A DNA stretch of 63,996 nucleotides, filler included, from Gonapodya sp. JEL0774 (Eukaryota): the NCBI GenBank assembly GCA_027604505.1. It is 14 parts of 14 records of this genome, joined end to end, with 100 filler letters (N's around TTAATTAATTAA, not from the genome) between each part and the next. Parts side by side here need not be neighbours in the genome. Positions count along the whole stretch, not along the records: positions 23,209 to 27,743 come from JADIIX010000931.1; positions 27,844 to 32,370 come from JADIIX010000932.1; positions 32,471 to 36,993 come from JADIIX010000934.1; 11 more parts are not named here. One strand, given 5' to 3'. A program made the translations under genes and the position numbers. The notes beneath the pieces were generated by a model. It saw nothing but the letters and a program-made list of their open reading frames with translations, did no database searches and was not told the DNA's origin. Shown piece after piece: positions 23,378 to 35,874 of this stretch. Positions within the stretch are counted from its first letter, which is position 1. Each line of letters starts with the position of its first letter.

Positions 23378-24639
23378 ATGCTCTTCCCTTCGATTCTCAT
23401 CCTCCTCGTCATTGTCGGGCGAGTGGGGGCAGCTGCTAACATCGTTGAAGCACCCAGTCATGACGATCTTCTGACTCATCCACTGAATGATGGCCGCCTT
23501 TACGGACCTCGCTCTTCCAGCTTGGATTTAATCACTCACGCATTGCCCAAGCGATTCCTTTCGGTCGCCAAGAACGTCAAAATTAGTCTGCACGCGAGGC
23601 AAGGATCATGCACAACGGACCACAAGTACTGTACTTACGGCTGCGGGACGGGCGGATTCGGTTTATACTGCGTGAGTCGCAAAGAAAATGGGTATCCCTG
23701 GATATTTTTGCATGGTACATCTCTGCTCATGAGTATTTGAATTAACACTTCAGTGCGTTCCCCAAACGAGCGTATGCGTGAGTACTTGCGTTTGGGAAGA
23801 GCCACGTGACGCTGTTGACAACTAGAATTGAACTTTGCTCTTAGTGCGGACAAGCTCTCGGTGGGGGAACATGCTCTGCTGGAGAAGTTTGTACCTTGAC
23901 GGGTTGTTGTCCAGTCGAAACTCCCCACGATTGCGGTCACGGAATCTGTGCTCTGGATGAGACCAAATGCCCAGTCAGTCCATCAAATGGTCCTACCTGT
24001 GGAAACGGCACTGTTGCATGTCAATCGTGCACTGTCTCAGCGAGTGGTACTGGAAACTCGACTTGTGTGAGTTTTGGCGTCTCTGCATTTCTGCGCACGT
24101 GTTCGCGATCCAGTACCTCTCACATCTTCAGTGAAGTGTTTAGATCCTGCAATATACTCTTGTGTAAGGAGCTGGTCAATATTTTCCGCACAAGGATAGA
24201 AAATAGTGACTGTTCCTCATTTCCAGTGCTCGATTGAACTCGGAGGTGGATACTGCGGAACTGGGCAAGTCTGTACCGCCAATTCCACTTGTTGTCCAAT
24301 CGCCACACCTTATCGCTGTGCCAGTGGGAAATGCTCAGCCTCCCCGTGTGGTTCCTTCCAACCGTAAGTAACGCCAATAGCTTATCCACTTTCCTGGTCG
24401 CCCATCTTATCCCGCATATAATTTGGTTTTCTGCAAGCACAACCTCCCTTCCTTCACCAGCCACAGCCACCCCCAGCTTGATGCGCACTGCGAGTATCTC
24501 AACTAGCTCAAGTAGCCCAACCACATCTCCAGTTGCAACTTCCACAGCACTGGCCAAGGCTGGTGGATCTGTCAAAGGGGTTCCAAGCTCGTGGTGTACT
24601 TTTTTCATGATTCTCGCGACAATCGCGCATATTGCATGA
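23378..24639 (+). CDS. Secreted Cys-rich, Ser/Thr-rich, probably GPI-anchored protein (paralogue A)
   Basis: Signal MLFPSILILLVIVGRVGAA; propeptide with LPKRF and HARQ; TGCCPVETPHDCGHGIC; S/T tail; hydrophobic end SWCTFFMILATIAHIA*. Confidence 0.8.
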
Positions 24640-25126
24640 TCTGACGCAGCAGCTCTTTTGGCAGCGATCGGAACATACGTAGTAGCAGTGGAAAGCACAT
24701 AGAAGCCATGGCAAGATGCGACGGAATTACTTTATGTGAAATGACTTCTATTTGAGCTCGTTTCAGTGACTGTGCCAACGGGCGGTGAATAAATGGACAA
24801 AGTGATGTGCTGGGATTCGCGTTATACTCCATCCACCGCGGCAAGATCGCTCTTCATAACGCCCGGAAGTTCGCTGGACGATGCGAATTCTCTCCTCGAC
24901 GCTGCCTGTCAGTCCACTTCCACGATTGCATCCTGCGTGATCGGGTGATGCAGGTCCTTCAACCCTTCATCCTAATGCACGATTCACAGCCTCGCTGAGT
25001 TAGTTTGGAAGCCTGGTTCCGTCCGTTCACTCCATCTTGCACATATTTCTTTCTTGGCGTCTATCGACTGAGCATCTGGTGCCGGAATACCTCGCTGAGA
25101 AACTAGTGAACGTCACCACTGGCGAA

Positions 25127-26440
25127 ATGACTTTCGGCCGATCCACTCTCGTGATCACGTCGTGGGTGCTCTCTTTGCTCGCTTGTGTCTCAATGCCCCA
25201 ACAAGCAACCGGAACGAGTATCGTGGACTCCCAAAATGAAGCGATCCCGCGGAAATTCGGCACCGATATTGCTTCGGAATCAACGACATATGTCCTCCCC
25301 AAACGCTTCTTCCGAGCTATGGAGACCACAACCGGTAAACTTCTCTTGCGGCAAGATTCCTATTGCAACCTAACGTCTGGCAAGAATCAGTTTTGCAAGT
25401 ACGCGTGTGGTGTTGGTGAACCTTCCTCGTATTGTGTGAGTCATCTCAGTTGCCCCCACCTTATCAGTATCTCCCAGTCTGATGATCCTATTCTTCCGTG
25501 CATCGGAAATGGTCGCAATTAGTGCGTTTCCCCAACGGTTAACTGCGTGAGTCTTTGAGGATACCTCAACTGTAATGCTGTCGAGGTCTAGTGAGATCCG
25601 ACAATGAAATCGTTCAAAGTGTTCCGACGACGTTGGCGGTGGCACCTGTGATTCTGGTTACGTCTGCACTGTGACTGGCTGCTGCCCAAAGGCCACTCCC
25701 TACGATTGTGGGCATGGAGTGTGTGTTGCAGACAAAATCAAATGTCCGGCCGCTCCATTGAGTGGTCCCACATGCGGCAACGGCACAATTTCTTGTCAAT
25801 CATGTGTGGCTTCAGAAAATGGCAACGGAACCACTACATGTGTGGGTGTTTTTAATGGAGTGGTGGAGACGGTGCTCAAAACTGATGACGGCTCTGTTAA
25901 TCCAAGTGTTTGGACCCAAAAACATACTCTTGCGTGGGTACTCATCATCAAACAACCTTTTGAAATACCGACATTGCTGACATTAGTGATTTTACTATGC
26001 GAACTCTAAACCTCGACACTTCTCCGCTCAAGTGCTCGCTTGAGCTCGGAGGTGGTTACTGCGGCATTGGTCAAGTTTGTGTCGGCAACTCTACTTGTTG
26101 TCCAGCGGATACACCGTACCATTGCCCCGGTGTGTCGAAGAATTGCCTCGCCTCACCGTGTGATGTTTTCCAATCGTAAGTGATGCGGTCAATGTTATAC
26201 GTGACTTTATCGTGTCTCAAGCTCTCTTTTGCTTCCTTTGATTGCGTGATACGTCCAACGTTCACTTGCAGAGTGACCATACCTACACGTGTCTCCACAA
26301 GCTCGGCGACTCTTTCCGCTAGTCCCGTCGCAAGCGTTACCGCGGCCACCCTGAAACAGAACGGGGATTCTAAAGTAATAGCAAAGTCGTGGATCAGTGC
26401 TTTCGTGGTGCTTGGTTTGATTGCATGCTGGCATGCTTAA
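25127..26440 (+). CDS. Secreted Cys-rich, probably GPI-anchored protein (paralogue B, tandem duplicate)
   Basis: Signal MTFGRSTLVITSWVLSLLACVS; LPKRF and LLRQ; TGCCPKATPYDCGHGVC; hydrophobic end SWISAFVVLGLIACWHA*; same exon layout as paralogue A. Confidence 0.8.
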
Positions 26441-26755
26441 GTGTACGTAAACCTCCATCAACGAACACAGTCTTCGCGAATCACGTGTCAGTGGTGTCAC
26501 ATGAGCACGGTATTCAAATGTAGAGGAACCAGTTGCAGCTCTGGCAAGACAACAGCTAGTCATTTTGTTTTAGTTAAATAATAGTTGTAGGGTGGGATTC
26601 AAATGGGCAAAATATGTGTTACACGAGCATGAGTACTAGTGCAGCAAGCAGCTCAATGGAACTTGTACAAAAAGTTTGAAGTCTATATACAGCAAAACTC
26701 GAACACAACTGTTTTAAAATGAGATATAGAGATAGCGCTCTAAGGTCATTAATCC

Positions 26756-27743
26756 GTTACGCCTTCATATCAACATCTTCCCCCCAGCCCACCGGGTTCA
26801 TTTCGGCGATGTGCTTGTCGTTAATACAAATACTGTGGCCCTGGACGTCTTCTAGTTTCAGAAAAATGGGACTTGGGGCAGATGTAGAGCTCTTTGTGAT
26901 CCCCAGAAGCGAATCAGTTTGGACGCGATGATTGGCCGTGTTTCAAAATTATCACATCGGTACTACCCTTGCCTCTGGCACTCACCTCCAACTCATGGAC
27001 TCTCTCTAGAAGCAGATCTCTGTCACTGGTAATGGCTTGGAGACGGCTGTCAGAGTCAGCCAGCTCTAGAAGGAGCACTCCATTCAAGACCATGTTTTCG
27101 GTGTACGAGCCTTCCACCCGAGTCATCATTCCCCCGACAGCTGACAAAGCCGCAACCGTGGACACGTCTGCAGAATGCCGAGCCATGAGTATGCCGAGAA
27201 CAGTCCTCACGACTTCAAAATATGCAGCCGGGGCTTCCGAAAATGTGGCAAGCGAAATGTTGCCGGCAGTGTCGATACCAGTCGTTACATTCGCCAAAAG
27301 GCTGGCAACTGCTGGGTTGATTATGAGGGGCTACCAGGAAAGCTCCCTCGTTCACATGCGACATTGTAGATTACAATTCCTGTTCATATTTACGCACCTC
27401 GGAACACAGTGATTCAACATTCTGCATCACACCAGTCCCGGATCCCGAGGAAACAGTCTTCGTAATGGATTCACACATCTGCTAACCATTGCGTGCTCGG
27501 GTTTCACACAGCCACCCAAGCAAAACGCGCAAAATATGAAGCCAACGGTACAAACCAGAAGAGGCGAGAGAGAGACTCGAGACACTCCACAAAGAAAAGG
27601 CTGTAGAGTAAAATGGACAGATATCGGTCTTGCCACCTCTGCTGTCGCGTTTGGGGCTGTCGGACTTGGCGGTCACGAGGACAAGTCGCAGCCGCCTGCC
27701 GGAGAGCGTCCAGCGAGAGAAGGCGATGGAAGTAGTGACTAAA
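26756..27743 (-). CDS. Hypothetical protein, 3' exons (coiled-coil segment)
   Basis: ORF 26914-27297 (..LLELADSDSRLQAITSDRDLLLERVHELE) is flanked by GT-AG introns; family not recognised. Confidence 0.4.
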
Positions 27744-27886
27744 NNNNNNNNNNNNNNNNNNNNNNNNNNNNNNNNNNNNNNNNNNNNTTAATTAATTAAN
27801 NNNNNNNNNNNNNNNNNNNNNNNNNNNNNNNNNNNNNNNNNNNGGGGAAACCGGATCGCTCGCTATCTATCACACCGCCTTGGTAG

Positions 27887-28080
27887 AAACATCATCTCCG
27901 GAACAATAATTACCGCCTTTGTCGGAGCAGTCTACTGGTATACCATTTCAGCAACGAAACAGGAGGTGAGTGGTTGAATGTTCATAACATTCTAATTTGC
28001 ACTCGAAGCGTAATTGCTGCCCCCATAATTCCCAGGACTTGGACAAACTGCCCCTTCCAGAGGTCAAGAAGCAGTCTTGA
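27887..28080 (+). CDS. COA3: Cytochrome c oxidase assembly factor 3, 3' exons
   Basis: RNIISGTIITAFVGAVYWYTISATKQE | DLDKLPLPEVKKQS* fits the COA3 consensus RN...G.....FV..VY.Y.I.A.KQ.D. Not in the ORF track. Confidence 0.7.
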
Positions 28081-28427
28081 ACTCACACCTCTTTATCCCT
28101 GAATCCCGTCTCTGTGTTCCGGCCTTGTCAACAGTCTCTACTTTCATCTCTAGACCATCATCGAACACTGTATCCAACGTTTCCAATTGAGCTACCATTT
28201 CGAATCGACACTTCCGTCTATATCGCATTATATTCTACTCTGTGCTAACTCTGTATTGTCCACGAGGTGGTCCAAGAAGGATGCGCAATTGCACGACCGA
28301 ACGATCTCTTTGCTGAACTGGAAGCTGCTCAACGGTTTACCACAGACGGGACCGATAAAGCAAACTGGCCACTAGTAGAAATCAGTGTGTTGCCTCCCAG
28401 CTTTCTTCTCGGTCGATACCCCTCTGT

Positions 28428-29294
28428 TCAATCGTGCAAGTCGTCCTCAGTTAACTGCTCATACTACCGTGTCCGACCAATCCCGGAAAGTAGTATCAGT
28501 GGGCCATTCGGTTCACCTGCACGTGATACTCAGAGTCTCACCTGGGCCTTCAGTTCCTCGATGCGCAAGCCTATTCGTCTCCGCACATCAGCTTTGCCCT
28601 CTTGGGTAGGTATACGATCTAATAATTCAGCGAAGCGAGACAGGACGGATTCGACTGCCTTGAGGGAGCGTTTGAATTCAAAAGTGGGTGCGGTTCGAAT
28701 CATGGAGGTACAGCGATGATAAGAACTACCATCATGAGGAGGACAGAGGCGGATAGGGCTGCAAAGGAGAGATAACCCACCTCGTGTGCGGTGCGTTTGT
28801 CATCATTGTAGTATACTGTTCCCTTAGATTCGAGAGCATACTCCAGCTGAAAGTGGACGGAGGGATTCCGCGATTCCACGAGCACCACCGTCCACGTTTG
28901 TCACCACGTTATTAAAGGCGATCGCAAGATGAAACGAGTCACTGTCATGCAGGAACAAAATACGCTCAAAACAGGATATGTATAGTTCACTCGCCTCATC
29001 CTTCGCCTCCGCGTACAAATCCGTGATCCCCTCCACCTCTTTATCTACATCCACATCCGACAACGAATTGGCTTTTTTGAAATCATTCAACCCGTCCGTT
29101 GAGTAAAATCTGAGTCGTAAATCTCCATGGGAACGGACGTGACGAGAACGTGATGTTAATCGTTGAACATGTTGGATCGCCAGCCGCGCGTGCCGGGCAC
29201 ATATGGGAGTGGGGAGAAGCAGCGCGGGGGAAAGTGCGAGGAGGAATCGGCGGTTGGTGGCGCGAAGAGGTGCGGCACTTGCGTTCCGGAGCAT
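28428..29294 (-). CDS. Small conserved mitochondria-targeted helical protein (multi-exon)
   Basis: Arg-rich presequence MLRNASAAPLRATNRR; EVEGITDLYAEAKDE|LEYALESKGTVYYNDDKRTAHE|AVESVLSRFAELL...VRRRIGLRIEELKAQ|YEQLTEDDLHD*. Confidence 0.7.
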
Positions 29295-30048
29295 TAGTAT
29301 GGAATGTGGTTTCACTTCACAAGGTCAACTTTTGATCATCATCAAAATAAACATTACAAGTATTACGATACAGTTTCCTAGCTTTTGTAGCAGCCACGAA
29401 CATAAATTTGTAGCAGCCAGACTGTCTAGTTGTGTTTGTGGCTACAACAAAAGCTAAACTACTCGCGGGATCGCGTTTCAGGCCCTGATGTGCATTCTCC
29501 AGTCTCCTCTCCGCCCAAAATCTAGTGAACAACCTAGCCGAATGAATCGCCTTCTCGGTTTTACACGCCGCCCTCCCCATTCGACGCAATCAGCCGTTTC
29601 CTTGTTCTTCTTTGCTCTCGCACTGCACTCTCGATTGATGAACACCAAAGTCAGTGAACAATAAAGAATGCGTTGGTAAGTTCCGTCGAAGACGCTCTAC
29701 GGACGACAAAGAGAGAGCGGATTCAGACGGTGGCAGCTGCCACGAGTGCTTAATTAACAGGTTGACGTCCTCACAACAAGATTCCATGACCACCACAAAC
29801 ACTCCAATGAGACGAAGTTCACATCTCGACACATCGATAGCGTACTTCTGTGTTTACAGAGCAGTCATACGCTGTCAATCCTCCGTGGATCAGTCCCTAT
29901 CGTCTTCGCATAGTAGACAATCACAGTTACATCCCGCGGGTTGTGGCAATAAGCTCGCTGTGGATCAGCTGTTCTCCTAATGCAGGCCACCGTGGGAATC
30001 TTGAAGAAAACTAACCTGGTTAGCGATTCCATCATCTGCAACTTTGAA

Positions 30049-31443
30049 TTACGACCATCTCGCTCTACCGTCCACCACTGTCGCTTCCCGCATCCTATCC
30101 CATGCTCTCAAGACCACTGGCCACGTGCTCAGAGAGGGATCATCTACTGAAAGGGTATTTGGCGTGATGTGCCTCTCGAACGTTGACCTCGTTATGGTGT
30201 ACTTTAAATTCAAAACACATTTTTCCGATACCGCACGAAGAACAGCGGTCAGAAATGTTCCTACAGCAGAAATGACATCAACGGGAGCCGAAACTCGTTG
30301 GGATATGGTCAATGAGAGGCATTCCAACTGGGGTACGACTTCCGTTAACGAGACCGCAAGCTCATCTATGGCGGATGCTGACGGGGCGGATCCCAAGTCA
30401 CTTGCATAGACTTTTACGTGTAGCTTGCTGATCGAGGACATTGCCATGCGGAGCTCTTCCAATTCTCTCTGAGGAAGTAATTGGGATGCCGAGAACCCAA
30501 GACCTTTTCCTCCAATCACGAGAGTTCCAAGCTCTCGTAAGTTCGGGTAGACAGTGGGCGCTTTTAAAAAGTCCACGATTGATGACGGTGACCAATTCGT
30601 TGCGTCTGTCATCAGTGACGAAACAATCTTCCTTCGTTGTTCCGAAACAACTCGTGGAACCAGCTCACTTGCTGGCGAATCCCCATCTAGTAGAAAGAAT
30701 GCCGAGCCACTGAGAGAGTTTGCTAAGGGAAACTTGCGCATGATTGTTTCTAGATACTGCGTGCTTCCGCTCTGGAAACCTTCCGCGGACAAGAGTCGGA
30801 CCGAGTCCATGGCGAGATCGTCCGGTAACTCAGTCAGGAGTGCGAAAGTTGTGTCCTTGTAAAGTTTCGAAAGGGTGAATTCTCGGACATGACGCTCCCG
30901 CACAAAGTCCACCAGCGCTCTGAATGCCATCTTTGTCGTTACATCCACGTAGCAGAGAGCAAGCTCCACCCGGAACACCCCCAGCTTGAGTTGGCCTTGT
31001 GGCTCGAAATATTCGCTCAGATTTCTGGATGCGAACTTGTGACGGTTCCAGGCGTAAGAAGAGCCGATCGGGCGGTAGAATAGTCCCCGCAGAACATTCT
31101 CAAAGTCCGCTGGACCCGAAGCCTCGGCGACGTGCTTCGCCCCGACGTTGAGGACAATCGATGTACCTGCCCAAATTGTGGTTCCAGACGAGCTGTCGAC
31201 CAGATCGAATGAATCGAGGAAAGCGAGCTGGAACGATCCCACAAGTCCAAGGTCACTCAACACGACTTTGCAGGCCAGACCGACTTCCCGCGGCCCATGG
31301 CATCCTGGCAGTGCATTCAAACTTGCTTTGTTGAATCTTCGAGACACGAAAGGGATTTGTCGGTAAAACGTTACCGGAGGGAGGAGACGGAAGACTCTTT
31401 GAAGAAGTTCGATTGGGAGAACGTCCATGGTCGGAGACGGCAA
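30049..31443 (-). CDS. Intronless F-box protein
   Basis: 464-aa ORF; N-terminus MDVLPIELLQRVFRLLPP...IPFVSRRFN fits the F-box consensus; LRR-like fragments near the C-terminus (PNLRELGTL, PQLECLSL). Confidence 0.75.
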   Translation of the reverse strand: MPSPTMDVLPIELLQRVFRLLPPVTFYRQIPFVSRRFNKASLNALPGCHGPREVGLACKVVLSDLGLVGSFQLAFLDSFDLVDSSSGTTIWAGTSIVLNVGAKHVAEASGPADFENVLRGLFYRPIGSSYAWNRHKFASRNLSEYFEPQGQLKLGVFRVELALCYVDVTTKMAFRALVDFVRERHVREFTLSKLYKDTTFALLTELPDDLAMDSVRLLSAEGFQSGSTQYLETIMRKFPLANSLSGSAFFLLDGDSPASELVPRVVSEQRRKIVSSLMTDATNWSPSSIVDFLKAPTVYPNLRELGTLVIGGKGLGFSASQLLPQRELEELRMAMSSISKLHVKVYASDLGSAPSASAIDELAVSLTEVVPQLECLSLTISQRVSAPVDVISAVGTFLTAVLRAVSEKCVLNLKYTITRSTFERHITPNTLSVDDPSLSTWPVVLRAWDRMREATVVDGRARWS

Positions 31444-31987
31444 GGTGAGCTCCGAGAGAAGCCGTTTCTGAAACCAGAAGAGTCCCGCCGATATAACAAA
31501 TGAACCCGTGAGAAGTGAAGGAACCTTTCAGTACACACAAGCTTGATCACGCACTCAGCTCGACCGTGTTTGGCCGACTCCGCCCCCACGGTGAAGGAAA
31601 CAACAACGTGACATTTTGAGCTGCCACGACTCCCCTTTATAAACCACCTAGAGGGGCTGTACATTCATTATGCGGGCAAATGGATCCCAGCCAATATCAG
31701 ACTTCCAAGCGTCGCATCAATTTTTGCTTTGATCCCTTATTGAAGACCAATCGAGTGACTTGTAAATTGCGAGACTTCTACCAAAGCTGGAAGCACTTCT
31801 GATGTGTCTTATGTTCCCTGAATATGCCTACAAAGTTGGTGCGCACGTTTGTTTGCTCCGGCACGCCTCCCCGCCGAAATACTAATACGCAAAATGTGGA
31901 TGCAAATATGAGAGGCTAGGTTCAGAAAATGCGATCATTTCGTTCTTCCTCTGCATTGAGGTGATCACCTTCCTCATTGAACCTGCG

Positions 31988-32283
31988 CTAGGACACCAAC
32001 GGAGTTCTCTCGTCTGCTTGAGACTCCTGCACAGCACCATCATTCTCCACCTCAGCTTCCACATCCACTTCTTGGTCATTTTCCTCGTGGTCGGGCACTC
32101 CACCTTTCCCCTCCGCGGTATACCAGAGCGCCAATCCGAGCAGCACAGCCTGCAAGCTAGCCGCAGCGACGTACGAGGCCCACGAGGAGGCGTTCGTACC
32201 CGGAGTAGACGCGATGAGTGCAGCGACGAGATAACCACCTGGACATTGGATGAGAAGAGACGGAATGGAGAGGGCAGCGACAT
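31988..32283 (-). CDS. PQ-loop family membrane protein, last exon
   Basis: VAALSIPSLLIQCPGG..PGTNASSWASYVAAASLQAVLLGL followed by an acidic tail ending DERTPLVS (dileucine-type vacuolar sorting motif). Confidence 0.65.
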
Positions 32284-32470
32284 ACTGCAGGCGAAGTGGA
32301 GAGCCGCAAGGCACAGTATCACTAAGCGGTGGAGCAGCGACTACACTTTCGAATGGACATGGACGTACCCNNNNNNNNNNNNNNNNNNNNNNNNNNNNNN
32401 NNNNNNNNNNNNNNTTAATTAATTAANNNNNNNNNNNNNNNNNNNNNNNNNNNNNNNNNNNNNNNNNNNN

Positions 32471-34843
32471 AACAGGGACATCTGGTTCCGGCCCGATAGC
32501 TACAACTTCTCCATCCAGTAAGGACCGAGCACTTCTTGCAATCCTGCCGTTTCACTGACCGTATCCCACAATTATTTCAATTTCAGATCCAGGTATCTGC
32601 CCTTCGGATACATCTCTCACATACGTCAGCATAGGTGGTTCGTCTGGATTCGTTTATCAAACACCCTCGGGATTACAATGCTTGGGATGTCCCGGTGAGG
32701 GCACCCTGACCCGTTGGAATCAGGACGCTCTTCGGTGCGATACTATTCAAGCAACCGCATCAGGAGTGGGAGGTGTGATCTCCACATCACTCGCAGGTGT
32801 GAATTACGTATGTCTCGTTCGAGACCGCATCGCTCATTTATTGACTGGCTTTGTTTAATTGGTGTATCAAAGGCTCGCAAGGAGTAGGTGTTGCGCCTGC
32901 AACAGGTAAGTACGACCTGCGAAGTTCATCATTTGACAAGCCTGTTGATTGTGTATTTCTTCTGTTAATTCAGTGACGCGGTACGTTTCTCCTGCACAAC
33001 ACGAGAGCACTGCCTACTTCATAGCGTTTTTCTGTAACTGTATTCCCTATGCTGAACTCTTACAGCGCTTCGACATCGACATCAACGGCTGGGACAGTTG
33101 ACGTCATGGGCATCCAACAAGATTCAAATTCCACCAGTAACGTTACCATATATATAGCAGGTGGCGTGGGAGGTGGCGTCGTTGCCATACTGATATTAGC
33201 TGGAGCAATATTTGTCGCATCGAGGAGAAGGAGACACGTTGACAGGGAGTGAGTAATGAACGGTCTGTGTGTCCTAAGATCACATTCTTTGTTAAAACAA
33301 ATGTATGCTCGCACACAAGATCCCCTACCCCTTATTACTTGCGATCGACTGGGGCTCGAACCGCCTCGCCTCAACAATATCCCTACTGGACAGTCGGGGT
33401 TCTACCAGCCGCTGCCTCTGACATAAATGACCCCTCTTTGTTCACAAATGCAGGCGGTACAGTCAAAAGCAGGTAACGCCGGAATGATTTGAGTTCGAAC
33501 AGTTTGAATGGTCATGTCTGGTGTTGTTCTTGCCGATAGTCCAACCTCGCCATCACCAGTCAACCCAATCTATCCACCTTCTCTACCGTCTAACAATAGT
33601 GCTGCAGTACCATATATTGCGCCATCGCCTGGATCTGAGAACGACGTTTCGAAAACAATGAGCCTGGAGACGGTAAGTTTTAGATTCATTCTGGTACCAA
33701 GTTTCGTGTGATGCAAGTATCTCATTGCAGTATTTTCTTTCAGCCACACGTGAGCTCTATGCTAGCTTTGATCTCCCGTTGAAACGGCCCAATAATTTCG
33801 TCAACCCGTGCACCTGTGTTGCTCTCATCCAAAATAGTGGTTTTTCTATATCTGTGCTGCTCCACTGGGTCAGCAAGCGAATTTAAGTGTGCTTTTCAAC
33901 GGACCTCCTTTGGAGGTGGTACGGGCGGTGAGTGACCGATCACAAGAACCTATTCTACTGTGCAGCCGCATCTTCTGGGTCACGCCAAATATGGGAACTT
34001 TTGACACGCGACCACTCAGTACAACCCATCAGCGCAAGATGAGATCGCGCTCTTTGTGAGCAATGTTGTTGATGTCGTGGAAGTAATCAGAGACGGCTGG
34101 GGTATCGGGAGAAATGTGAGTGTATTTCCGAGCATGAGTACCAAAATTGGTGGTGACCCAAGGAGCGGCTCATCTATCATTGTAACAGATTCATACTGGA
34201 GCATATGGTCTTTTGTGAGTAAATCGCCTCTTCTGTATACATTCCTACATCCCGATGATGTTTTGGCTCAAATCATTCAATTGTTCGTGATGGACGACGA
34301 AATGGATCAGTCCTCTGTGAGCACCACGACCTTAATGTATGTGCCGCCTTTGCTTGACGCTCAATCTCTGTTATGGATGCATACACATCCAAACAGTGAT
34401 TGTCTTGCACTCGACAAAGCCGCAACATCTGCTGCGGGAGTGGATATACCCCCACCGCTAGCTCCACCCCCAGTCGATTACACCCCTCCGAGAGCAGAGT
34501 CTCGATCGGAGTATATTGCGTCAAGGATCATGAGTGACCAGAAATATGAAATTAGAACCGTAAGTGTACCTCTAGTTGCGGTACGTGCTTGTTACCGATC
34601 AACAACCAGAACACTCAAATCTTACTTTTTTCTGTATCCCCAACGACATCACAATTTTCACTGTGCAAGATTGCGTCCGCGACCCATGACGTCCGCGGAC
34701 CTGCTACATCACTGGATCTCAAAAGTCTGGCAGGTTCATCTTCCTCTGGTACCATTGCGGGAAACTCAACGGAACTCTCATGGAAAGTGCCGCTATTGCC
34801 CTCGCAAAATGTGGGCACCGCGATTATGAAACGGCCCATATGA
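32471..34843 (+). CDS. Multi-exon type I membrane protein with cytoplasmic SH3 (5' truncated, 3' end approximate)
   Basis: TM IYIAGGVGGGVVAILILAGAIFVAS-RRRR; SH3-like QYNPSAQDEIALFVSNVVDVVEVIRDGWGIGRN|IHTGAYGL at ~34015-34215. Confidence 0.7.
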
Positions 34844-35874
34844 GAAAATGTGCGTATGTCACTTTATTAAGAAGTATTCATACTTTGAAATCATCCCCAG
34901 AGTGGGGCTTGTTGTACCATCTGTAATTGTAATGGCATCTGTCAGTATTTCACAATATTGCTATCTTGTTAGTTGACTCAAAGAAACCGTTGCCATGTAT
35001 ACGCAATCTGTGGGTACATCGATATTCGCATGATTGAAACCATTGACATATACTGGGTTACACAACTTTCGCGCGTCCAGGACAGGACCTATTAAAGCAA
35101 TACAGGCAGCAAACACAATTGAGAAGACCGGTGCTTCATGAGTCGGCAACCAGCAATCCGATGCATGCTACGAGGGAAGGTTGGGATGCTTCTCGATCGA
35201 GGTTCTAGTGCCAGCCGGCACACTACCCAAGCAAAAGAGAACGATCTCGCGTAGGAACCAAGAAAGACACCATTGTCTGTGTAATTGTCGGGTAAAAATT
35301 GTGTCCAGTCCGCACGTGAAAAGGGAGGTTGGGGTGGCTGTGAACTCATCTGAAAATATAATACCGGTCGGTAAGAATGGGTACATATGTAGTGGATAAA
35401 TGCGTGCTTAGTCAGTAAGGGGCACATGTACGAGAGAAACCAATTATATACGTGCGAATACTCGAGATCACTACATCCGGACCCACGTGACCGCACAAGG
35501 TAAAGCCACAAATATTATGTAGTACACGAAAGTGCCATTCAAAAGCAAAAGATATGACTACGGAATCAATGGCTACGAGGGTATTAGTTTTGGAATCTGG
35601 GCCACCATTGTGCAGTTAACCACATTATGTTCACGCATGTATTGGATGCGTGCGTATGAGTGGCCATGTGCCTCGCAGCCTGGTCATTGATTGCTTGGAG
35701 TAGCAGGTGCCTTGGGTACCTTTAGGGAGTCAGTCATGTTATCCAAAACTCAACAGGTATCTCAAGTCACATTCAATATATTACGAATATATTGGAACCT
35801 GTCGCTTTGCTACGGGAGATAATATTCGCCCAAGGAGAAGCAGTTCAAGATGATATTTAAAGAAAGAGGGGATA

